A stretch of 64,000 nucleotides of DNA from Vitrella brassicaformis CCMP3155 (taxonomy: Eukaryota; Protista; Chromerida): contig CDMY01000405.1 in the NCBI GenBank assembly GCA_001179505.1, forward strand, positions 1 through 64,000, in the 5' to 3' direction. The position numbers and the translations under genes are program-made. Every line of letters begins with the position of its first letter. Position 1 is the stretch's first letter. The notes below the pieces were generated by a model that was not told the origin of the DNA, did no database searches, and saw nothing but the letters and a program-made list of their open reading frames with translations. This document shows positions 35,539-45,971 of the stretch, in pieces.

Positions 35539-36149
35539 AACATAGCGCGGGGCAACCCGGTATCCTCACACATAGCGCGGGGCAACCCGGCAATTAAACT
35601 GAGACACGAGGCGACGGAGGGGTGTGCATGCAGCTCATTTCTTATTGCAGGAGGGGGAGGGGGGAGGGGGGAGGGAGACAGGAAGGGGTCAGGGGAAGAG
35701 AGACAAAAGAGACGAGGGCCACACACATCACCACACACACACACACACACACACACACAGGGCAGAGGGGGGGAGGAAGGAGGGGAGGCAGACAGAGATG
35801 GACCCTTACTTGTACACACACAACACGAACACAAAGCGCGAGACAGACGCGTACACGCCCCCCCACCACATATACTTGGCACACCACCTCCCCTCGCCCG
35901 GGGGAAGTATACAAGCAGGGTGTCCCCTCGCCCGGGGGACATATACAAGCAGGGCAGCCCCGCGCCATCGGGGTGAAAACGGACTGGCATTTTTCTCCGA
36001 AACCCAGGGGTAGCCAAGGGAAACCTTGGTGAGCCGGACTCGCCGCCCTGGTCTCTGCCTCGTTTTTGCAGGGCGGCTGCTAGACCGTTTCCATGGATGC
36101 ATTTTCATGCGTTCATAGGAGACGCTTGATGAATGAATGAATGAATGAA
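35539..36149 (+). mobile_element. ~650 bp interspersed repeat, copy 2 (5' end in gap)
   Basis: Matches 29308-29923; carries an extra internal ~36-bp duplication at 35892-35955; ends in (TGAA)n 39 nt before the USP ATG. Confidence 0.7.
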
Positions 36150-36187
36150 GATTCTCGAGGGCAGCCAAGAAGCAGCCCCAGCCCAGC

Positions 36188-38172
36188 ATGCCGACAAAAG
36201 GCCGAAAAGGCCGAAAGGGCCGCTCGCTGCCACCATCTCCGCGTCCAGCTCCGCCGACAGCAGCAGCCAAGGGCAGGGCATCCACTCTCGCCGTGGCCTC
36301 CAACACCTCCCATTTCGCCACCCCGATACCTTTCGACGAGGAGTGGCTGCAGAGGGTGAGCGACCTGGATGGTATTCCTCGTCTCTCGGGGCATTGTGCA
36401 CTCCTATGTGGTATGTGCTGTTGTGGCTGTGTGCGTGCAGTGGCCTCAGGAGGTGGTGTTTGCCAGCATCGACCAGAGCTGCTGGCTCTCCTCCCTCCTC
36501 CACAGCGTCCTCAGGGTGCGCCCTCTGGTGACGTACCTGTTGCAGAGTAAGAAGCCGAGCCGCCCGACAATGCAGCACAGCACAGGGCGACAGACGACGC
36601 ACACACTGACTGCATCGTTGGTTGGACTCCTTCTCTGTCTCTCGATCAGGTGGTTCGGCATACACCCTGAGGAAGAAGTCACTGGTTCGGCGGTTCGAGG
36701 CCTACGCCCCAGCGCTGTGCGGTACGTTTGACTGATACCAACTGACGCAGACAGACAGACAGACAGACAGCTGGAGGCAGGAGAAGTCCACCACCGCTCA
36801 CTGCTCTGCCTGGTTGATTCGTGTGTGTGTGCAGACAAGGCCACCGAGAACCTCGGTCGTCTGGGGAGGGGAGGGCGCGCCACACGAGCGGACCACAAGG
36901 CACCGCCGTCCTCACTGCTATGGGAGACGGTGCTTGTCACGAGGTAAGCGCGAAGGAAGCACCACACACACCCACAAGCGGACCCTATTGAGCGGACCCC
37001 TCGCTCACCTGTCGCTCTCTGTGTGTTGTCTGGTGGATGGATGGATCAGTGCCATGTGGACGGTTGGCGAGAAGGAGAGAGCTTCGAAGCAGCGGGCGGC
37101 CGAGCGCAGCGGGGTGCTGCTGGACAAGGGCGACTGCCAGAATCTCAAAATCACACCCAGCACGTTCTTCTACACACTCATGCGGACGTGCCCCAACTTC
37201 GGTCAGTCACCACACGACACAAACACACCCTTCCTCCCCCTCTCCCCAACAGACGTCTCCCTCTCTGTCCAATTGTCTCTGTCTTTCTGTGTGTGCAGGT
37301 GTTGGCAACCAGGAGGACATTGCAGAGGCGACGACATTCTTTCTGGACACCCTCAACCGCGAGATGCTGGCGGACAAGTTGTCGGACAACGGGGCCACCG
37401 ACATGACCCTCGAACAGGCGGGAGACGACCACACCGAGACGCCCGTCTCCAAACTCTTCAGAGGTGGGTCCGCACCACCCCATCCCTCCATCCACCCACC
37501 CACACCACAGCACACCCCCGCTGCACACGTGTGGTGTGTGTGTCACTATTGTTGCGTCAGGTGTGCAACGTACGGTGGTGACGTGCAGTTGCGGCAACGT
37601 CAGCACACGGGACGAGCCGCAGTGGATCATGGCCCTCCCCATCCCTGGCCCTGGCAACGCCGAGGCTGCCGCTGCTGGAGGGGGGAAAGGCAAGCAGACG
37701 ACGAAGCCCCGGGCCGCCATAGCTCAGAAGAAGGGGCGGGGCAAGAGGGGCAACGACATGACGGACGAGGTATACAGTCACGCAGCCATCAGACAGACAC
37801 AGAGGGAGGCAGGCAGGCGAGATGTGGTTGATGTCTTTGTTGCATCTCTCTGCTCTCTGTGTGTGTGTGTGCTCTGGCAGTCTGCCAGCGTATCGGTTGA
37901 CGATTGCATGAGAGCGCACTTCGCAGAGGAGTCACTGCAGGGCGACAACCAGTAAGGAGGCACCTAACCCACCCATTCGAAACACACACAGCACGTGTGT
38001 GTATCTCTCTGTGTCTCTGTGTGTGTGTGTGTGTGTCAGGTACGAGTGCGAGCCCTGTGGGCGGAAGCGTGACGCCTCCAAGGCAATCAGTCTGTCTGAG
38101 GTACCGGAAGTGGCCATCCTGCAGTTCAAACACTTCCTGAACAACAGTGTCAAGGTACGGGGGCAACACACA

Positions 38173-38206
<34 letters not shown>

Positions 38207-39986
38207 CAGAGAGGGACGACCCACACCCCTCCATCCCATTCCTCCATCCGTCCATTGGCGTGTTTCTGTGTCTCTGCAGGTGGAGACCCACGTGGAACTG
38301 CCATTGGAGTTGAACCTCGACGCCTACGCCGCCAACAACGGCTCGGCGGCCGCATCGTCATCGGCCGGCGAACGGGGCATACACAAACTGACCGGTGAGT
38401 GAGCTGATTGGGGGGAGGCAGCCATGCGCACCGCATGTGTGTGTGACTCTCTCCCTCTGTTTGTGTCTGTGGTTGTTAGCCCTTGTGGTGCACACCGGTT
38501 CGAGTGCCGTTGAGGGTCACTACATCATGTACACCCTCGTGCCAGACGGTACGTCACCTCACTGATAGGTGGCTGCGGTGGGTGCATCGATCGCATCATC
38601 CACCCCACCTCCCACTCTCTCTACACATCACATGCATGCATACGTGTCCGTCCATCCGTCCATGTGTCTGTCTGTTATGTGTGTGTGTCACGTGTCACGT
38701 GTCTCGTGTCGGACAGCCCCCACAGGTCCACAGCAGCCCCGATGGTGTTTGTATGACGACGCCAAGCCCGTGGCCGAATTCACCGACGAGTTTGTCCTCT
38801 CCCAGCAGGTGGGCAAGGCAAGGCACCCACTCACACCCCACCCCCACCCACCCCACCTAAAGACACACTCGCAGACACAACATCCTCCCACCTTGTCTGT
38901 CTGTGTGTTTCAATCCCATGGCTGGCTGTCTGCAGGCCTACATGGCCTACTACCCGCGCGACAGTGTGCCGTCGATGGTGCTCCCCCCTCGTCCGCCCCC
39001 GCCCCCCGGGCACAACACGCCCTCCCCCTCCCAGCTGGAGGACTCGGAGGGCACCAGCGGCACACTCGGGCAGGGAGGTGGCCCCCGCAGGTCCCCCTGC
39101 AAGCGGCAGGTCAGCCAGCGCTCACCCTCGCCCCCTCCCATCAAGAGCTCCGTCAGCAGCAAGAGGCGCCGCAAGGATGCCGCTGGTGGTGGTGGTGAGG
39201 GAGAGGAGCGGGGAGCTGTCGACGTCGATGTCGACGGCGATGTGGTGATGGCGCCGAGGAAGGCTGCGGGCGAGACGGCCGCTGCGAGCCGTGGCGACTC
39301 CCCTGCGCGCCAGCTGCGTCGACAACTGGCGCACGACGAGCGGCGCACACCGGCCGCGGGCAAGAAGCGCCGAGGTGTGGGCAGCGAGGATGCAGCTGGG
39401 GGTGGTGCGTCTGAGGGGGCGGGCGTGGCGTCGCGACGCGTGCAGCCAAAGCGGGCTGCCAAGGCGGCTGCTTCCAGCGGGGCGGGTAGTGGTGAGGGTG
39501 AGGGTTGGGCGTCGCGTGAGGAGAGGAAGAAGGCAGCAGGTGGGTACCCATTCACACACACACACACACATACATCCCCAGGCAATGGACAGACAGGTCA
39601 CCTTACTGTCTGTGTCTGTGTCTATGACCACCCGACAGGTGGTGACAGGAGTACTGACTCTGGGTTCGACGACGGCAACAAGCGCCAATCCAAGAAGCCA
39701 CCGGCAGCAGCCAAAGCCAAGCAGGGCGGCAAACCCAAAGCCAAGCCCAAGGCCAAGCAGGGCAACAAAAGCAAGGGCAGCGGCAAGGGCAAGGGCAAGG
39801 CCAAGGGCAGAGCCACCAAACCCAAACAGGTGAGAAATATACACACACGCACACACACATCCACATGTGTTGTGTTGATTGCTTTGTCCGCCAAAGGTGG
39901 CCAAGACGACGGGCGACGGGCCCGCAGCGCGCGTGGGGCTGCGCCGCAGGGAGCAGGCCAAGAGATCAGGCCGTGCTACGCGTTAG
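36188..39986 (+). CDS. Divergent ubiquitin-specific protease (peptidase C19), ~13 exons, basic low-complexity C-terminus
   Basis: Cys box FASIDQSCWLSSLLHSVLRVRPL; GNQEDIAEATTFFLDTL; PVSKLFRG; VTCSCGNVS; HFAEESLQGDNQ|YECEPCG; LSEVPEVAILQFKHF; VELPLELNL; His box VVHTGSSAVEGHY; WCLYDD; AYMAYY. Confidence 0.88.
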
Positions 39987-40329
39987 TCAGTACTGATCTC
40001 TTGGCCTGCGTGTGCATGCAGGGAGGGGGNNNNNNNNNNNNNNNNNNNNNNNNNNNNNNNNNNNNNNNNNNNNNNNNNNNNNNNNNNNNNNNNNNNNNNN
40101 NNNNNNNNNNNNNNNNNNNNNNNNNNNNNNNNNNNNNNNNNNNNNNNNNNNNNNNNNNNNNNNNNNNNNNNNNNNNNNNNNNNNNNNNNNNNNNNNNNNN
40201 NNNNNNNNNNNNNNNNNNNNNNNNNNNNNNNNNNNNNNNNNNNNNNNNNNNNNNNNNNNNNNNNNNNNNNNNNNNNNNNNNNNNNNNNNNNNNNNNNNNN
40301 NNNNNNNNNNNNNNNNNNNNNNNNNNNNN

Positions 40330-40365
<36 letters not shown>

Positions 40366-41148
40366 CGTGCGTGCATGGGGCAAGGGGGACACACACCAGC
40401 AAACAAGAGGGGAAGTTGTTGCTGCTCGGCTCCCACATCGATCGTCTCTCTCTCTCTCTCTCTTCTTGCCTGCATGTGCGTGCACTATTTCCCATGTGTG
40501 TCTGTCCTGCTGTTTGAGGTTGTTGTGATGATGATGTTGCGATGTGTTTTGGGTCGTGTGGGAGGGAGGGAGGGACGGCTGTGTACTCGCTAGTAAGACG
40601 AGTGTTTGACTGGGTGGGGGGAGGGTGGACTGGACAGAGAGCACTACGGACTACCTTCAAGGGAGGTCGTCTACGGGGCTGTCTGTGTGGTGTCTGCACG
40701 ATTTGGTTCCTCAGATCTCGCTCGCATCGTGAGAGAGGAAAGCACCTACTGCACTTACGTAACTTGACTGGTGAGAGGGATAGAGTAGATAGACAACCTG
40801 AGCTCACTTGGGAGTCACCCGACACTAGTCAGCTGACCTGACTGACCTGGCAGATGGACTGACGATACTGACTGACGATAGATAGCCTCACGCGTGGCGT
40901 TCATGGCGGTGTGTGTGTCAGTGGTGATTGCAATGATGTAGGCACACGTGACACAGCTTGGCACAGACACACAAGGACTTGTACACAGAATGACTTGAAC
41001 CAGTACAGAATCCACACGCACACGCCGCCCACGTCTGTCCGTCTGTCCACGTCTGCTCCGTGGCGACGCCCTGCCGATACGGATGCATTCAATCCTCACT
41101 CTTCCTTCCTTCAGCCCGCGAGCTGCGAGCCAAACTCGCTGTTGCATT

Positions 41149-43752
41149 ATGAAGCGACAAAGGTTTCCATCATGGCTGACACTCCCTGTCCAGTCGATGC
41201 AGGACAGCAGCAGCCACGCCGCAGATCTGGTCTGGGCGCCTCGGTACACCTACGTTCCCACGTCATGCGACGAGTGCACATCCATGCCGCCTCACGCCGT
41301 CGTCCAGCTCGCCCAGAGAGCCGCCCAGGACGACATCAAGGACTGCTTCCTCTGGACGGCCATCCAGCAGCGAGTCCGTGCTCTCGCCCGTCAGCTCACG
41401 CTGCCGCAATGGACGGCCTTCCTCAGCAGTGTGTCACAAGTGGGCGAGCTCAACGACAAGACCATCAACGCGGCGATGCCGTGGATTCGGCACCATGTGC
41501 AGCGGCTGGTGAGGCAGAATGAGAGCCCGGAGGGGAGGGCAAATGGGTTGCGGCGGCCTGCTTACCTGTGGAGGGCTATCTTGTCGGTGGACGCCTACAT
41601 GAAGTACCACCCCACCAACCGGAGGCGATACGTGATCCCTGACAACATCCTGGAGCCGCAGCACGGCCGGGCCAACCCCACCTTCCAGTACATTCTGCCC
41701 AACACACCGCATCAGTGGCGCGCCTTTCTCCGCCAGATGGCCCCGCTGATGGCGCTCACAATCACGCAGCGGATCAGCAGCGAGCTGACGCCATCCTTAT
41801 CTGTCATTGTGGCGCACTGCCTGGTCGCGACGCCTTACTGCGACCCTCTGCTGATCGGCGCTCTGGATACCTACTGCGTGAGGAATCTGCGGGCTTTTCC
41901 GACTCGTCTATTGTGTCAGCTGTTCCATGATCTCGCCCGGCTCGCTCGGCTGCGTGGCGAGCGGCCGTCAGCTGCGCTTGCCGGTGCGGTGTGCGAGAGG
42001 GTGCGGCACAGCAGGGGCAAAAACATCGGGGGCGACCTTTTATCGAGCTTCCTGCACACGTACCACCTGCTGCAGATGGACGACGTGGCTCTCCTGCGGC
42101 AGGTCGGCCACATGATTGTCGACGACAGCCTGCGCTTCCGCACTGGGCTGCAGTACGTGCGCGCCACTTATCCATTCATTCTGTCGGGGCTGCTGATGGA
42201 CGAGTCGATGGTGCAGCTGGCCAACTGGCTGGTGATGGAGGCCGCCCGGCTGATCAGCGACATCCAGAAGCTGCCCCGGCACTTCCTGTTCCTTCTGGTG
42301 GCCTTCAACAACGTTCCCCACCTCGGCAAACGGAGAGCTGGCGATGGCGACACTGACGCAGGAGCAGGAGATGAGATCGTGGCTCGTGTCGACCCGACGG
42401 CATCGTCTTCACAGCCTGTCATCGTGTCTTCTATGGGGGTAGGGGGCGGCGGTGTTGATCAAGTCTACGAAGGCGTCAAGCGGAGTGTGCATGAGGGGGC
42501 GAGGCTGCAGTTGCTCATCGAGCGGAGCGACACCATCACCTATGTGCATGTGCGCCGGGCCATCCGCCGCTTCATGGAGAGCGTCCCAGCCCTTTTGCCC
42601 TCCCTCTCGCCCACCGAGCTCATCCAGGCCATGCAGGCCACAGCTGCGTGTCGCTTCAAGGTGCCCCGAGAGACCAAGGAGGTGCTCATGAGCCACGTGA
42701 CTGCACAGGCGTGGAAGATGCCTGCAGGGGGGTTACCGATTGTGCTGACGTGCGCCGTGCGGCTGTATGGCGCTGAGGGGGTCAGGAGGAGCACTCTACT
42801 CCCGGCATATGCTGAGAGAATCGCCGCAGAGACGGCCAGTGGCGGGCTGGAGGGAGAGGGAAGGGCCTCCGAAGCCAGCAGTACTACTATGTATCCGGTG
42901 GAGTGGTCGCATCTATACCAGCTGGAGGCGATGGCGCGTGTGGTGCAGGTGTTCAGCCAGTGCGGCTTCCAGCACGCCAAGATGGCCGAGAACGTCTGCC
43001 GCTTCCTGCTCGAGGACGACAGGCGGCTGCTGTACGCCCCTTGCCCCACTGGCGCCCCCCTGCTGCCGTCGCTCGTGACCATATTCCACTATGCGGCATC
43101 ACAGGGGCTGCTTGACCCATTCTTCTATCGGGAGATGGTGGCCGCCTGTCTGGCCCATGTCGATGTGGGTGTGGACAAGGGGGAGGGTGTTCAGCTGGTG
43201 GACTGCCTGGGTCTGCTCGAGTGCTGTCGGCTGCTGTCGTCCCCCACCAGCCTATCCCTCACCGACAGCGTCCACCTGCAGTCAGTTGTGTATGGCGATC
43301 TGCCTCGGCTGCTGCTGGCTGTCCTGAAGGCCCTGCCGCCGGCCAGTCTCACTTGTCTGGACGGCAGTGACGTGCAACTGATGCACTACCTCCTGCAGCA
43401 GCTGGCCGTGCAGCTACGGGTGCATCATGAAGAAGGCGCCGCCGATGCCGGAGGGATGAACGCCCACGCAGCCGTGTCGCACCAGCTCCCTGCGGCAGCT
43501 GCCGACGACACGGCCGCACGCGGCTTCAGGATGGAGGAGCTGCGGATGGCCTGCGATGGGGCTATCGATGCGCTGAGGGAGCGGGCTGATGAGCTGAAGG
43601 TGTCACTGAGGGATGAGGGTGGGGCAGCTGTTGATGGGGGCAAACAAGAGGGGGGCGGTCGATCTGTGAGACTGAGGGAGTGGCGGGAGGGCATGGCATG
43701 GCGGCCGGTCAGGGTGGCGCAGTCAGCTGTGCAGCTCGCTGGGGTCGGTTGA
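41149..43752 (+). CDS. Intronless alpha-helical repeat protein (HPR/OPR/FASTK-like organellar RNA-binding type); start uncertain
   Basis: 889-codon ORF (41083-43752) with recurring Leu/Ala-rich ~35-40 aa units, e.g. FPTRLLCQLFHDLARL, LSPTELIQAMQATAACRF, LEAMARVVQVFSQCGFQH. ATG at 41149; a possible acceptor at 41114 suggests an upstream exon. Confidence 0.6.
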   Translation: MKRQRFPSWLTLPVQSMQDSSSHAADLVWAPRYTYVPTSCDECTSMPPHAVVQLAQRAAQDDIKDCFLWTAIQQRVRALARQLTLPQWTAFLSSVSQVGELNDKTINAAMPWIRHHVQRLVRQNESPEGRANGLRRPAYLWRAILSVDAYMKYHPTNRRRYVIPDNILEPQHGRANPTFQYILPNTPHQWRAFLRQMAPLMALTITQRISSELTPSLSVIVAHCLVATPYCDPLLIGALDTYCVRNLRAFPTRLLCQLFHDLARLARLRGERPSAALAGAVCERVRHSRGKNIGGDLLSSFLHTYHLLQMDDVALLRQVGHMIVDDSLRFRTGLQYVRATYPFILSGLLMDESMVQLANWLVMEAARLISDIQKLPRHFLFLLVAFNNVPHLGKRRAGDGDTDAGAGDEIVARVDPTASSSQPVIVSSMGVGGGGVDQVYEGVKRSVHEGARLQLLIERSDTITYVHVRRAIRRFMESVPALLPSLSPTELIQAMQATAACRFKVPRETKEVLMSHVTAQAWKMPAGGLPIVLTCAVRLYGAEGVRRSTLLPAYAERIAAETASGGLEGEGRASEASSTTMYPVEWSHLYQLEAMARVVQVFSQCGFQHAKMAENVCRFLLEDDRRLLYAPCPTGAPLLPSLVTIFHYAASQGLLDPFFYREMVAACLAHVDVGVDKGEGVQLVDCLGLLECCRLLSSPTSLSLTDSVHLQSVVYGDLPRLLLAVLKALPPASLTCLDGSDVQLMHYLLQQLAVQLRVHHEEGAADAGGMNAHAAVSHQLPAAAADDTAARGFRMEELRMACDGAIDALRERADELKVSLRDEGGAAVDGGKQEGGGRSVRLREWREGMAWRPVRVAQSAVQLAGVG

Positions 43753-44939
43753 GCAGGGGGGCGGGTGGTGGTGGTGGTGGTGCGTGGTGTGTTCATTCGA
43801 TTGACACAAACCGACGGACAGACAGTGGTTCCGGGAGGGAGCGAGGTTTAACGGTGCATCGGATGTCGTCTGATGTCGTCTGAGTAAGTCACTCTGTTGA
43901 GTTAGCGATGTATGTACACGACACGGGGAGGGAGTGTCCACTCGGTCTTCAACTCTCACTCACTCACACGCACCTCGCACACACACACATGCATCCACTG
44001 CACGTGTCATTTAAAAGCGGGCTACCAGTGGCAGGCGGGCGGGGTGTGGTGTGGGTGTAGTGGGGTGGCGCCAGAAAGAGAGTCGATAGCTCCTAGACAC
44101 TACTCATCACCTACATGCTCTCACGGACGGCCAGAGACAGACAGACAGACATGCAGGCGGGCGGGCGGGCAGACGCCCTCACCATTCGGACACACTGCGC
44201 ACACGCACACACACTCAGACGCACACACGCACGCAAGAAGTGGTATCGGTCTGGTTTCTGCTGAACCCTGGCCAGCAATGCATCCACACACCCACAGGCA
44301 AAAGACAAGCCAGAAGAAAATCAATCACCGGTCGGTTGGTCGGCTGGTTGGTTGGCAAGTGGCGTGCAAGTGGCGTATGTATGTGTGCATCGATATCGGT
44401 CGATCCCCAAGGAAAAACGACAGATGGAGATCCAATCCAGCCAGTGTGTACACGCATACACGTGTGTGTGCCACAAGTACTGCCATGGTGCGACGATGCA
44501 GAGAGAGCGAACTGGTAGCAAACAAAGTGCGGTCCTCTTAATCGCAAAACTGGGGCGGTGCTGCTCTTATCTATCCTTTTCGGGTTTGCAAAAAGCTCCG
44601 ACAACCCCTGGCTGGAGCAGAGACGCCCCTTGCCCTTCCTTTCCTCGTGGTGTGGTATCTATCGTATCGTATCGTAGGTACGCGTCGAACGCACACTAAA
44701 GCGGCCGCCATTCTCTTGTCGGTTGAAAGCAAAGAAAGAAACATGGTCCGTGGGGGAAAGAAAAGAAATCACATGTGTGCAGGTGTGGGTGGGTGGGTGG
44801 GTGGTGGGTCGACGAGCAGTGAGTGAGTGGGTCAGTCAGTGAGTCGTAAAATCAAATCGACACGGGCAACCAGACAGGCAGACAGGCAGACAGATCGTCC
44901 CCCACCCCCCCCTTCGGTGTCTGTGTCTGAATGTCGTGT

Positions 44940-45857
44940 TTATGCGGTCTTGTAGGAGGTGCAGAGGCCTGTGGCGTCCGCAGAGCCCATCACCAGACCC
45001 ACAATCAAACCTGACCAAACGCACAACACAGACACGCAGCCAGACAGAGAGCACATCAGTGCCTCTGTGTTGTGGTCCCCTTGCTGTGCTCTGCCTACCG
45101 TAAAGGCCGAGGGCCTCGGCGAAAATGAGGATGAGGATCATGCCGACGAACAGGCGGGGCTGCTGGGCGTTGGCGCGCACGCCCGCATCGCCCACAATAC
45201 CGATGGCCAGGCCAGCAGCCTGACACACACAACCGCAGACAACCGACAACCACCACAAGTGAGAGCCAGCCCTTCCTCTGACAGTGATATGCATACGCAC
45301 CAGTGAGCTAAGTCCGACGGTGAGTCCGGCGCCCAGGTGCTGGAAGCCGGAAAAATTCGAATACGTCGACGGGTCGGCACCGACTGCAACCAGAAGGAAA
45401 ACAAACAGTCGGTCAATCGCATCAATCGTCATGGAAACTGCGCTGCGTCTTACTTTTGCCGTTGAGGATGACAGCCGTGATGAGTCCGTAGATGCCGAGC
45501 ACACCCGCCATGACCACCGGGATGATGGACCTCATGACCAGGTCGGGACGCATCACACCCATCGATGAGATGCCCACTCCCGACTTGGCCGTGCCGTAGG
45601 CCGCACCCAAATCTGACCATACAACAACACGCACACACAGGCAGCAAGTGTGCAGCGGGGAAGAGACATACACGACGCCACGCACATCAGCCGCCTCCTG
45701 CCTTCGCTTCTCCGCTTCCCCCTCTCTGCGTCTGCTCCCGTGCCTCCCTCTGATGTTGCCTCTGCCTACTTGCGAACACGATGGCCGTCGTGACGCCCAT
45801 GAACCCGAAAAAACTGGCGCTCGGGTCGCACGCCGCCATCGCAGCAGCTGCCAGCAT
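44940..45857 (-). CDS. VMA3: V-type H+-ATPase proteolipid subunit c (16 kDa), 5 exons
   Basis: [14 protein letters not shown]|[45 protein letters not shown]; [16 protein letters not shown]|[41 protein letters not shown] (proton-carrying Glu present). Confidence 0.97.
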
Positions 45858-45971
45858 TTTGAATTAGGTGGGCGGTGAAGCTACTTATCAAGTAATGCCG
45901 AGAGGCTACTGCTTTCCGCTTCTTCTGCTCTTCCTCTCGGCGATCTTTTCTGCGAGCTTGTGAAGGAAAGG

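Noticed and set aside
40330-40365. Long poly-G runs at gap edges (also 13340, 27617) as G-quadruplex elements
   Set aside because: They sit at contig ends, where homopolymer length is unreliable, and are probably sequencing or assembly artefacts.
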